From positions 1,798,001 through 1,862,000 of the forward strand of contig LSRY02000010.1 in the NCBI GenBank assembly GCA_001643675.2: a stretch of 64,000 nt of DNA. Reading direction: 5' to 3'. Positions 46,401 to 55,153 of the stretch are shown piece by piece (within the stretch, counting starts at the first letter, position 1; the number at the start of each line of letters is the position of its first letter). The notes beneath the pieces are model-generated. The model saw nothing but the letters and a program-made list of their open reading frames with translations, made no database searches and had not been told where the DNA came from. The translations under genes and the position numbers were made by a program. Source of the DNA: Monocercomonoides exilis PA203. Lineage: Eukaryota > Protista > Preaxostyla.

Positions 46401-48379
46401 ACTTCGTGAGAGGACCATCATCAGATCAGCTGGCAAAGAGCATGCTGGTGAAGTTCTATGAGACGTACGGAAAGCCAAAGCAGAAGCAGGCTGAAGAAGG
46501 AAAAGCTACAGAAGCCGACGGAAAGAAAGCCGAAGCAGCAAAGAACGCATCTTCAGCTACCCAAGCCGAGAAGGAGAAATCTTCTGCCTCTGAGAAAGCT
46601 GATGAAGAAGCACAACAAGCTGAAGTGCAAGTGGAGAAGCGCAAGCAACCACTTACAGCATATGTGTTTACGGGACAGTCTGGTCTGAAGGCGGGTGTTG
46701 GAATGGATATATATGATATGTATCCAGAAGCCAAGCTTGTGTGGGACAAATGTGATGAACACTTTGTGGAAGAGCTTGGAATATCCATTCTGAAGATTGT
46801 GAGAGAGAATCCGAAAGAATATGTGATCGATTTCACTGATGGTGAGAAAGGCAAGAAGCTGAGAGAGAAATACATGAATCTGAAAGTGACCAATGATGAG
46901 GAAGTGATGAAGGAGGTGAAGAAGATTGATCCTACAATCAATGCCCATGTCTTCCCAACAGTAAATGAAAGAACAGAATCTTACACTTTCCATTCACCGA
47001 ACGGACTGTTGAACATGACCCACTTTGCACAGCCAATCATCATCATCTACGAGTATGCTGCACTTGCATGCCTCGAAGCAATCAGAAAGAAGTCTTCACA
47101 GAATCAGCACGGCAATGTCACTGAAGGCATTCACCACATGTTCTGCGGACATTCACTGGGTGAATACTGTGCACTGACAGCGATGGGAGACATTGCATCA
47201 GCTGAAGAGATGGCAATGGTGTGCTTTATGAGAGGAATGGTGATGCAGAGCTGCGTGCCTCGTGATCCAGTCACCCACATGACTGACTATGCAATGGCTG
47301 CTGTTTCACCAATGCGTGTGGCTCCGTGGTTCAAGATTGAACATCTGAGAAGGGTGATGGAATCAACCGTCAATGCATGTGGAGGCAGACTGTTGCAGAT
47401 TGTGAACTACAATGTGTACAATGACCAGTATGTTGTGTCTGGTGAAAGATATGCGATTTTGCAGTTGTCTTTGGCACTGACACACGTTGAGGAGATGAGT
47501 AGAGAGAAACTGGCGCAGAAGACCAGCTCAGACGACGAGAAAGACAACAAAGCAATGATTGAAGAGATTATGAGCACAGTTGACCGATTCTGCTATGTCT
47601 CTATTGGAACACATCCTCATTCATCAACACCACTTGAACTTCAGCGCACATCCAGTGTTATGCAGCTGAAAGGAATTGACATGCCATTCCATTCGCGTCT
47701 TCTGAGAAAAGTTGTCCCACTCTTCCGCTCCTTCCTAGACTCTCGCCTTCCATCTGTCAAAGACTACAGCTACGCAGACAGGCTGGTTGGCCGCTTTATC
47801 ACCAACACTTACAGCCAGGAGACCTTCTCGCTCTCTCTGAGCTATGTGCAGAAGATGGTGAAAGTGACAGATTCTCCTTATCTCAAAGAGGCCCTGGGAG
47901 AATTGCTGGATCCATCAGCAAACGAGATGATGCTGCTGCACGAAATGAAGCAAGCACAATCATCATCTGCATCTGCATCCTCATCTTCAGAAGCTCGTGT
48001 CTTCCCTCGCTGGCTGTCGATGAGTGCCAACGAAAAAGCGCGCCTTCTTCTGCGCGAGTCTCTTTCCTACCAGTTTGCTTCCCCAGTGCAGTGGATCGAT
48101 GCACAGAACACGCTGATGCTCAATGGTGTTGTGCGTGTTGTGGAGATTGGGCCTGCTAAGACGCTGTCCACAATGTTCTCGAAGTCGACGATGCGCCTGG
48201 GCGAGCAAGGCGAGCTGGGCAAAGAGATCACGAAGCGCCTGAATAAACTGGTAGCCCAACAAAAAGAGGCACCGAAAGATCAAAAAGAACGTGCTATTCC
48301 CAAGACAAATGGAGTTGAAATCATTTCATTTGCTACAGATAGAGAATTGCTGGAGGCACTTGCAATGGAAGAGATTTAA
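37472..48379 (+). CDS. Type I PKS/FAS megasynthase KS-AT-DH-cMT-ER-KR-ACP-MPT (~3635 aa, intronless)
   Basis: KS DTACSS/HGTGT/KSNVGHLE (~37517-38820); AT GQGSQW/GHSLG (~39150-40190); DH HCLQGNIVVP/LDSCLQ (~40400-41330); cMT ILEVGAGTGG, YTYTDIS, NVVHAT, LLKPGG (~42020-42720); ER (~43870-44850); KR TGGTAG, K-S-Y..N (~45060-45620); ACP GLDSL (46325-46339); C-terminal fungal-FAS MPT FTGQ, GHSLGEY, PFHS, YQFASPVQW, EIGP (46646-48376). The first ATG is at 37472; the ORF track starts at TTG 37469. Confidence 0.95.
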   Translation: MEEYNGKSSESLSGPQDPIAIVGLGARLPGGANSPEQFWKLLLEGYDAITDVPKERWDGNYFHDPENLGLVGKSIQNKGGFLKGYNIDEVDLKFFYLSPREAKSLDPNQRLLLEVTYETFENAGLTLEQVSGSRTGVFVGISATDYSHLQFPDINTIDVHTQTGVSTSIVANRVSYFYNLIGPSFIVDTACSSTLVALNCACQSMRTHECDAALCGAVNLMMFPEITVGFSKLGVLSPDGHCKAFDAKANGYVRSEGCGAVLLKRLSDAERDGNRIYAVIRGTHVGSDGHYQQQMTSPSEQQQAVVIREVLKKSDISSVDVGYVESHGTGTFVGDPIECRSVSSVLNIGREGKEPILIGSAKSNVGHLEPAAGIVSLVKIAMVMKHGIIPPTISMKKPNPNIDMQKLNVKIVTNAMKFPAPPRCEVPRTALISAFGFGGTNGGCIVQEYRGGKGLKDVKKGLKEIEREELFLLSARSVEALKGQAKRLAEYLSSKTASPIQHVAYTLGCHRTQHKQCRLAFIANSKESAIAELNAFIEDKNDTGAVQTRFTSFAPSEKKRKLCLVYCGQGSQWYGMGRVLYRENVVFREWMDRIDNCLKEAGAEYSIVEEITTGTEETSHIHEVEYLQPIFFAIQVSLTKVMEAAGLKPDAIVGHSLGEIAAAHVSGALSIEDATRVVWERAKGQKVAHGMGYMAAVTAEDGNDLKRLIEGKGVDIAGHNAPKRWNISGETAGLDEVEKLANEKRGSTVRVRRLLVDEPMHSQFVDLSHDQIIEGLEGISPARPTTTLISTYTPSVKEVKMDGYYWWASLRNPVLFMDAIQEMIRRTSTDSPHDAEENAEGEQENKGIEWVFLECGPHNVLRTFLSEIMAVEKKPFVYVPTLLRKAENERLLMLRTLANMFSLGYNLDLKKSVFVPYNTYDERQARVLFEESSLSAKEDVQEYYFVPDLPYYSWARTKCWNESPVQHEHRLGPVDGHPIARIRQDTLNPCWQSDISTSHIPWVLDHCLQGNIVVPGVTFVECILTCGRRVFGDRPFWLRDVQFLNAFYMNKGETFRVTISLDPINKPGSRSSTVDAYNVTLSSRLLPSGEYTLHCALVMEAEEQLAEREKKQLEDVVDVPVGFTPSHPANAFDDVDLDEYRKLCPIEIPIDQFFSQLWVDGLELSRQLRLTRRIWFNDRDNPVMSIAYIEVNPETTEEELGKWGFMYPPLLDSCLQSGLSARAKRGAFFPVSARRARFARSFPKNCRHCWSLSRKDPVTGNLSMTCCDDEGHIYGSLQDVVIRYLESGKRGSKLGMIGGPETPMFEHKWEQIAILPSYERESCSKSAAFPLIPFDESDDRCCTDSKIVKFSDKEFTEHFNCLMNSIGAEFQAQEIAENVIPLNNLLTDAIILEVFRSKLNLWKEEADLIKQKKLNVADIKPVPVKQLAESASILPFYHRLFLLLCRYMSDSGYFTLNLTAEAQKKDKSEPIFFIENYVVAPLAPFFHDETQPLPHNEDCDALASEILTKYPQMRPSTMLMMDVGRRMKDVIVDGEKAISMIFKDKGLADSVYRDDGEVRTLNYVVQGGMKGLTEHIQRFVLPKTPEKLDENLMNLLKGKHDKPLTILEVGAGTGGTTDYLLEFLDPLTTTYTYTDISASFFGTAKERFSRYSSFMNFKILNIENSPMDQGFEPYSQDIIIAANVVHATSDLFTTLTHIMQLLKPGGHLVLLEALNGLRWLDLVFGLTDGWWALKDTNFRQHPLLTPDMWRDILKRVGFETCQVVNEWTADSKLEVEKKLHSRLGMMVARTKCSLTEEKEKVEILLNEQKQGWMKKAFEREDQAPTTTCVVFAEERNVLSGRIVSSLLRDGHFVIAASHKPLPTTHNNEDESFLRTLCDLNTTYRETDPIRPKDSLLNEEEMKVYIKHFHAIYVPDASKSRKGYDAIFEYVSEHKLASIVSLVHLWSLDLPCVAKTEEEVKLGFEMNIYSPLYLAHALMDASKTASVSSHITTWGVTEGVWSVSGQTRGIVKGEVGLGQSTIWGLNRSIINEIGTVHPRSLDIGRCPGLTEVQGVVGVICSTALDAKEKSEVEGSSSSITADTSAVIPLNETEIAIRGNKCFGQRLVEVMDTSELGVTFKSLQTNSDPFHSAANSFTLTSPGKGLLWLEERKRKEALAEHEVEIDVAGCGVTAHDVSVWQRSGNSSKGQSYDLGNEFAGVVRRVGTGVTRVKVGDFVFGVGKECCGSFVTISESHVAAFPKDCDLSWDQASGLGLELSAAVYSLVNVGRVKKGDYVLITGATGATGLIAIEICRQVGAIPIVTSRSEYKRRWLQYMGLKHVLDTDAITIVEKCREITNGKGVKIAVNAVPVDAILKAALTSLRKGGALVDLCASSTSNLHLDSTLLAGRNITYRAVDILQMFTDPDSEEEVIELMDECTKVLSNEQFAPPPVTTFALSQAKEAYEAMKSENHSGKIVLFPISSIPPLFLIDVEQLASQSSASSSSSVPSTLPIKAHKLKYASPFIYSPVAVPFAQKVLGKEAQGSYIDPTKTYLVTGGTAGFSLELAVGLLERGAKHLAVSSRSGAGNEERQRKFQMLREKYDAEIKVFSCDASSSSETRAMLAEIRKTMPPLTGVIHGAMLLHDGYLMNLDDKAFWEVLGPKSFGAWLIHDDTVKNNDPITMFVLLSSLNVVVGTHGQANYGSANMFLDSLCLHRRSCGLPCISLQWGVLGDVGYVHRNTSTIGQNMGQFGFRAFSANWAKRVMHTCLEAQADLEQMRSSEWNHESVERASHSLTSTMAERLSNTYKALPVGLLPGSLRPENDVVIKSHFFDGSENFRNVLLAREVYKHPLFVPVTVGVFNVSWKPLFAFMQTLGDTARMRYMKEASELEAAASESADSTKDSASASSSSASSSSSKGTGSYSSVSDALRSMVTEEESIAFLARSIANEAARVLGLSSGDAIVVDVPLSQYGLDSLTAVEMKNWTEKQVKVDIPVVDFVRGPSSDQLAKSMLVKFYETYGKPKQKQAEEGKATEADGKKAEAAKNASSATQAEKEKSSASEKADEEAQQAEVQVEKRKQPLTAYVFTGQSGLKAGVGMDIYDMYPEAKLVWDKCDEHFVEELGISILKIVRENPKEYVIDFTDGEKGKKLREKYMNLKVTNDEEVMKEVKKIDPTINAHVFPTVNERTESYTFHSPNGLLNMTHFAQPIIIIYEYAALACLEAIRKKSSQNQHGNVTEGIHHMFCGHSLGEYCALTAMGDIASAEEMAMVCFMRGMVMQSCVPRDPVTHMTDYAMAAVSPMRVAPWFKIEHLRRVMESTVNACGGRLLQIVNYNVYNDQYVVSGERYAILQLSLALTHVEEMSREKLAQKTSSDDEKDNKAMIEEIMSTVDRFCYVSIGTHPHSSTPLELQRTSSVMQLKGIDMPFHSRLLRKVVPLFRSFLDSRLPSVKDYSYADRLVGRFITNTYSQETFSLSLSYVQKMVKVTDSPYLKEALGELLDPSANEMMLLHEMKQAQSSSASASSSSEARVFPRWLSMSANEKARLLLRESLSYQFASPVQWIDAQNTLMLNGVVRVVEIGPAKTLSTMFSKSTMRLGEQGELGKEITKRLNKLVAQQKEAPKDQKERAIPKTNGVEIISFATDRELLEALAMEEI

Positions 48380-48867
48380 TATTTATAAAAAAAATAAAAT
48401 AAAATCATAATTATATTTGTGAAACAAAGAATTTACTTTTCATTCCCTACAACTTTTATTCCTTTTCTTGTTATGTAGCCTTTTGTTATTAGTTGTCATC
48501 TTTTTGTATTTCCTTCAATTTGTAGATAAAATATTAGTTTATTCAAGTTACGCATTCTCCTGAAACATTACATTTTTCCAACCACTATTTAATTTCGAGA
48601 GCTTTTATGATATTCTTAATTTGATCCATTTTGTTGGATCGAAATTCTATTCATTAACATTCGTTCTCTTGAATAATCATTTTGAGGAGTTATTCCCAAT
48701 CTAGATTTTTTCATCTCTTTTCTTTTTTTAATCGCCTTTTCGAAATTAATACTGTTTGAAGTTCATACAATATTTTTTTGTCTTTTTGAACATTTTGACT
48801 ATGAAGTGGTAAAGAATGGAAAAAAATCTTTCAATTCAATTTGGATCAAATAAACCTTATCAAATTT

Positions 48868-51039
48868 ATGAAGTTATTTATCTTTGGATTATTTTTCCAT
48901 TTTTGCTGTGCATTAACAGGCAATAATGATGTTGTGAAATTCAATATATATCACACAAATGATGGTATATTCTATTATTTCTTTAAAGAGGAATTTAATG
49001 TTTAATAATTTATTTTTCATCATATACCTTTACAGTTCATGGTTGGGTGTATGGGGACAAAAGTACAAAGGGAAGAGATGCATATCTTGCAGACTACCAA
49101 AATTTACTCGATCATAAAAATTCATCTCTTGAACAAAATGAATTTCTTTTTGCGTTTGATTCAGGAGATTGGACTCAGGTTTGAAAACCACTCATGCTTT
49201 TTCTTTGAGAACTCATAATCATTTGCATAAATTCATTTTTGAAAGGGAACTGGATTAAGCGATTCGACACCGATTCCTGGAGAGTTTATCTTTGAACTAG
49301 CAAAAAACATGACTATTGACGTGATGACACCAGGAAATCATGAATTATACACAGAAATTGGAATTAATCACATCATTGATAATGTGTCATTATCGCTTGG
49401 AGAGAGGTATGTCAGCGGGAATGTTATCAGAAAAGCGGACAAAAAACCAATGGGGCAAAAAGTGAGAGTTTTAAATGTTCAGTCATTCGGCAAGATAGCT
49501 GTTTTTGGATTTTTGTTTCACTTTACCGCTGCTGCAGACAATGTGGAAGTTACAGCAATGGCTGATATTCTGAAGGACAGCAAGAATAAATGGGTTCGGG
49601 ATGTATTGAAAGATAATGAACTTCGCTTTGTTATTTGCGTTGCACACATGCCACCTACGCCTGAATCTCCGACAGATGTCAATGAAACAAAAAATGTTCT
49701 TGAGGCAATGCATACAGCTATACGAGAAGAAAGGGAGGGAGACTTACCTGTTCTGTTTTTGGGAGGACATGACCATAAAAAGCATAATGTGACAGAAAAT
49801 AAAGATTTTCTGTTTGAAAGCAATTACTTTTTCAAGAACATTGGGCACATTACATTTTCTATGCCTGCGATATACAACAAAGCTACAAACGAATTTAGTG
49901 ATATCAAGTTCGAATATATCGAAACGAATGTTCAGAAAATGCAGGAGTCTGTAGGAATTCCTCCAGAAAAATGGGAGACAAAACGAGGAAAGCAGCTGCG
50001 AGAAGCAACCACAGCGAAATACAAGGAACTGAAACTGGACGAGGCGCTGGGCTGTTCTCCAAAGGACTACACACCAAATGCGAGCGACAAGTCAGACAGC
50101 ACACTGTATCACCTGGTGGTGAATCAGGCATACCCTTCAGAGAAGCCACTGACGAACCCCAACAGCAAGAACAAGTTTGTTTACACGCTCAACAACAAGT
50201 CACTGAGGATTGGACTGACGAAAGGAGTGTTCACATACGACGATGTCATTTCAGTGGATCCGTTTCAGAACACTTTCACAGCGCTGAGAAATGTGACAGG
50301 GAAGCAGTGGCACAAGCTGTACAACGGAGAAGTTGATTCTCTGACTGTGCAGTTTAACAGCGACAGCAGAGAAGAGCAGCTGCAGGCAGAAAGGGCAGCA
50401 TCAAACGAACCGGATCTGTTTGAGGGATTGGAGCTGATGGATGACAAACCACTGGACAAGAAAAGAATGGATCAGCTGTTGGAGTTTGCATATGCACATA
50501 AGGGGAAGTTGCTGAACAGCGAAATCAAGCAGTTGGAGTGGATGGTGAATGGAGCACTTCCTCCGACGAATCCGTTTTATGGAGAAGAATTCCCGTTTGC
50601 AACAGCAGAAAAGCGGTATCCTTTCTATCCGAGGTATTACATCCAGAATGTGACAGTAGAAGACAGCAACGATGAAATGATAGACATCATTACGTCGTCG
50701 TATGACGGGCCTCGCATTGAGAAGGAGCTTGTTGATCGATGCGGATGGACCGGGAAAATTGAGACATCTGAAAGCCTGACAGTTGACGTGACAATAAGTT
50801 ATTTGAAGAAAAACTTCATCTGCAAAGCCAATGAAAATGAAACAGATCCAAACAAAAAGAAAAAAATTGGCATTGTCGTTGGTTGCTGTATTGGAGGAGT
50901 TGTGCTTGTGGCTGCTGTTATTGTTGCTGTTATTTGTGTTGTTCGCCATAAGCGCAAACGAGGATTATTTGAAAAGAAAGACAGTATTGACGATGCGACT
51001 GGAAAAAGCTTAGGATATATGCCCTTACAGCAAAATTGA
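48868..51039 (+). CDS. Type I membrane calcineurin-like metallophosphoesterase / 5'-nucleotidase (similar to the yeast YHR202W family)
   Basis: Exons 48868-48964, 49036-49178 and 49246-51039 give a signal peptide (MKLFIFGLFFHFCCA), metal-binding motifs HTNDVHGW, DSGDWTQGTGLSD, GNHELY, H and GGHDH, a 5'-nucleotidase C-terminal-like DPFQN motif, a TM helix (IGIVVGCCIGGVVLVAAVIVAVICVV) and a short basic cytosolic tail. Confidence 0.85.
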
Positions 51040-51277
51040 GTTTTAGCAGATGTTTTGTTTCATTCATTTTTTCAACCATTTCATAAATGTTTTTGAAATC
51101 ATATTTTTACTTTTTTGATATTTATTTTTTTTCATTCATATGCATTCCACATTGCGTAGCTCGAGTTTTCTACGCATATTTTCCTTATATATTTCAAGAG
51201 AATGTATGTATTGAACTGAAAATATGATAAAAATTTTTCATATAACATTAAGGTATTTTGATCAAAACAAAATATTG

Positions 51278-54200
51278 ATGCAGAGGGTAACTGTTTCAGA
51301 TATTTTGCCAAACTTGCTTTCAAACAAGCCTAAGCTACAAGCTTCAACAATTAAGGCTTTACATCCTTTGGTTCCGGCCTTTTTTCATGAAATAGCCTCC
51401 GAACCTTTCATGTCAAAATTGTGTGAAACTTTAAAAAAGCAAAAATAGTTTTATTCAGGATTATTTATTATTAAATTATTGACTTGCTTTTTTGATATTA
51501 TTTAAAGGAATTCATTGGTCACTTCCGATTCATTACCTGAAATTGATCGGAAAAATGCATCATTGCTTCTGTCAAAAGTGAGCCTTATCTATTTCTTTGT
51601 TATTCTATAATTTATAACATTTGATTTTTTTTATTTTTGAGGTTTATTATCACTTAAACAAGCTTCCACAAGCATTAGAATGGGCGTTAAATGCAGGGGA
51701 ACTTCTTGACTTCACAGTTAGTTCTCCATTCATCTCCACAATAATTGGTATGCGCTATTTCTTACAAAACATTTTATTTCATCTCTTGATGACTTCGTGA
51801 AAAGATTTGGCAATTACAAGTTACACAGAATACCGTCAGCACGTTGTTGACGAAGATCCAGTTGACGAACTCACTTTTATCAGTCCATTTTTGGAACCTC
51901 TTTTTGATAAGATTATTGAATACAGCTTTGAGTATGATTCTTTTATTGTGATATATTTTTCAAAAATACACAAAATAATTTTATTAGAAAAGAAGAATAT
52001 CAAGATATAATTGGCCTTGGATTCGAAGCCCGAAGAATTGATATTATCGAAAGAAGTATTAGAAAAGGAGAAAGCGCAACTCATGAAGAACAGAAACCAA
52101 CAGTCTTTTCATCTTCGACGGGCAATGAATCAGCTAAACATTCAATCGATCTTAAGAAATATTGCCTTCGACTTGCTTTGAATCACGTAACCAGCTATGC
52201 ATTCAAGTTGCAAATTGTGAAACTTTTAGCTGACTTGGCTAACGAAGGGGCAGATTCAGAGTCAGAAGGAGAGAAGGAAAAGCCAAAAGAGAAAGATGAG
52301 TCAGCAATGGATATTGAGAGTTCTTCAAACACAACTATTATTGCTAAAAAGCCCAAAGACTTCTTTTTTGTTGCGCATTGCTTAACAATTCTCGATGACA
52401 GCGATCGTCTTGCAAACATTCTCATGGAACTGCTAAAGGAAGGGGTTTCCACTTTTTTTTATTTAATTTTATAATGTGAATTTTTTTTCAAACTATTAAT
52501 CTATTTCTATTCGATTTTCCAATTCTGTGATAATATTCATCATTTCTATTGCTTTTAGAGCCAAAAATCTCTGGCTTCTGCACTTCAGATTGCCTTCGAC
52601 CTACACGAAAGTGGAACACAAGGACTCCGCATGCGTGTCAGGAAATTGCTTGCAAATGCAAGATCAACAATCCTTTCTTCAGCGCCTTCTTCAGATTCTC
52701 CTGTTGAAGTGTGCTTTGACGAGCTGCTGGCAGTCATTTCAGGCGAAATTCCCACTCTTCTCTATCTGAAGTTCCTCTCCTCGCGCAACGAGGCCGACCC
52801 GATGGATCTGCAGGACTTGAAGACGTGCAACGACCGGCTGAGCACGCTGCTGATGACAGGCGCGATGATCTCGCACGCCATCATGGAGCACGGCACCATC
52901 TGCGACGAGTTCATCAGAGCAAACACGGAATGGTTGCAGAAGGCATCGAACTGGTCGAAGTTCACCATCACTGCCTCGTTTGGCATGGTGCACTTTGGAC
53001 ACACTGCGATGGCGTTCCGACTGCTCGAGCAGTTTCTCCCAGCGACAGACGCGACAAACGCGATGAAGCTGTCGGAGGAGGCGACACAGCGGGAGAACGA
53101 GCGGAGGACGCAGCAGGGGCTCAGCGTCTACAGCGGGAACAGCGCTGAGAAAGGTGCAGAAGAGGCAATGCAGCGGCTGGTTTCGGAACCTGCTGGCGCA
53201 AGACAGGCACGTGGAGGAGGAGGTCCAGTGACGGAATCTCCTTATTCAGAGGCTGGTGGGCTGCTGGCGCTGTCGCTGATTTATGGAGAGAGCGGGGCGC
53301 TGCTTGTGCCGTATCTGCTGCAGACGATGCAGGAAGTGGTGCCACTCTCTGCGAACAAGGCTGTCCATCAGCACGGCCTGTGCCTGGCACTCGGCTGTGC
53401 AGCCATGGCGAATGGCGACGAAGGACTGCTCAGCTTTTTGAGAGACATTCCACTGGAAGACGACCCGAACTCAGGGCTGGCTGCGACTGTGGCGATGGGG
53501 CTGGTGATGCTGGGAACAGGGCGGATGGACATTGTGGAAGAGCTGATGCAGCACGCACGCAATACACCGCATGAGAAGACAGGGCGTGGGTGTGGTATAG
53601 GCATTGCACTGTGCTGTGCCACGAAACAGGAGGTGGCTGACCACTGCATTGAGCAGCTGTGTGGAGAGACAGACGCTGTGCTGAGGTATGCAGGTGTCCT
53701 GACAGCAGGGCTCGCCTACATCGGCAGCCCGAAGCCGCACATTGTGCAGCGACTGTTTAAGATAGCAGCAACTGACCCCAACAAAGACGTGCAGAGACAG
53801 GCAGTTGTTTCATTGGGGCTCATCCACACGTCTGCTGGTGCAGATGCTGAGGGAAGCGAAGCAGATGACTCGTTCCCTCGTTCGATGAGAGCGCTGTGTG
53901 ACTCGTTCAACCCGCACATCAGAGCTGGCGCTGCACTCGCACTCGGCTTTTCAGCAGCGGGGAAGCCGTCGATGGAGACGACAAGACTGCTCATCCATCT
54001 TTCAGAGGACAGAGAAGGGTTTGTGAGAGAGTGTGCGTGCATTGGGCTGGGATTCGTGTTTATGGAGAAGTCGGAGAAGGACCCGAAGTACAAAGACATC
54101 GATGCGCTGCTGAAGAAAGTCATTGAGCAGAAGAAAGCAGACGTTCTGGCGCGGTTTGGTGCAATGATTGGTATCGGTGTTATGAATGCTGGTTTGTTTA

Positions 54201-55153
54201 TCTTTTTATAAACTTAAAATTATTATCAATAACAAATGCATTTTGTTTGAATATTTCTTTCTTTCTTTTCTTTCTTTTTCTCTCTCTCTCTCTTTTACAA
54301 ATAAGGTGGACGAAACTGTGCTCTCCGCCTGTTCACCGCCGAGCACACGCCACGTCTCGGGGCTATTGCAGGGATGGCGCTCTTCAGCCAGTTCTGGTTC
54401 TGGCACCCGTTCCTACTGTTCCTGTCGTATGCGCTCAACCCAACAGCTCTGATTGGCGTGGACACAAGAATGCGCATTCCATCATACCCGTTTGCGTGCA
54501 GTGTGGTTCCAGACAAGTTTGGCTATCCGCCGAAGAGAGAAAGAGAGAAGGAGAAAGCGAAGGAGAAGAAGAAGGCGGTGGAGCTGTCAGTCACAAAGAA
54601 GAAGTCGGCAATGATGACACCAGACGAAAAGAAGATAAAAGAAGAGAAAGAAAAAGAAGAGAAAGAAAAAGAAGAAAAAGAGAAAGAAGAGAAGGAGAAA
54701 GAAGAGAGAGAAAAGAAAGAGGCAGAGGAGGCAAAGAACATCCCTGATCCAATACACCCTGGCTTGTATATTCTCGACAACCCCACTCGTGTCGTTCCAC
54801 TTCAACAGCGCTACATCGTCTTCCCTTCAAACGAGCCGTCGGAGCCGAAAAGCGAGATGGATGAGGCTGAGCTGACTCCGTCATCTTCTTCTGTTCCTTC
54901 TGCTTCTGCTTCAGCTTCTTCTTCGTCTTCGTCTTCTTCAACATCTCCTTCTCCTGCTTCTCCCACTTCGACTGCTGCAATTGCTGAGTCCAGGGCCAGA
55001 TACAAGCCCATCAGGACAGACAAGCAACAGGGTATTCTGCTTCTTCTCGACAACAAGGAAAACGAGAAGTTTGTTGTTGCAAAGGAAACAATTGAGGAGT
55101 TGGATGCTGAGATGAAACCACCAGCCGCAGAAGTTTACTTTGATGATGACTAA
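51278..55153 (+). CDS. RPN2: 26S proteasome regulatory subunit Rpn2/PSMD1 (multi-exon)
   Basis: N-terminal exons (LLSKVYYHL, ALEWALNAGELL, LALDSKPEELILS region), NTEWLQKASNWSKFTITASFGMVH, PC repeats (HGLCLALG, AMGLVMLG, SFNPHIRAGAALALG), GGRNC, FSQFWFWHP, LDNPTRV and terminal PPAAEVYFDDD. The start codon and small 5' exons are approximate. Confidence 0.92.

Noticed and set aside
37472-48379. Lack of introns in the PKS as evidence of recent horizontal transfer
   Set aside because: Native dynein has a 14.6-kb exon and GCN2 has more than 8 kb uninterrupted, so a long exon is uninformative here.
11758-55153. Alternative genetic code (TAA/TAG = Gln), as in some oxymonads and diplomonads
   Set aside because: TAA ends conserved proteins at their expected C-termini (dynein, RRP7, Rpn2), and the very long ORFs contain no internal TAR codons.
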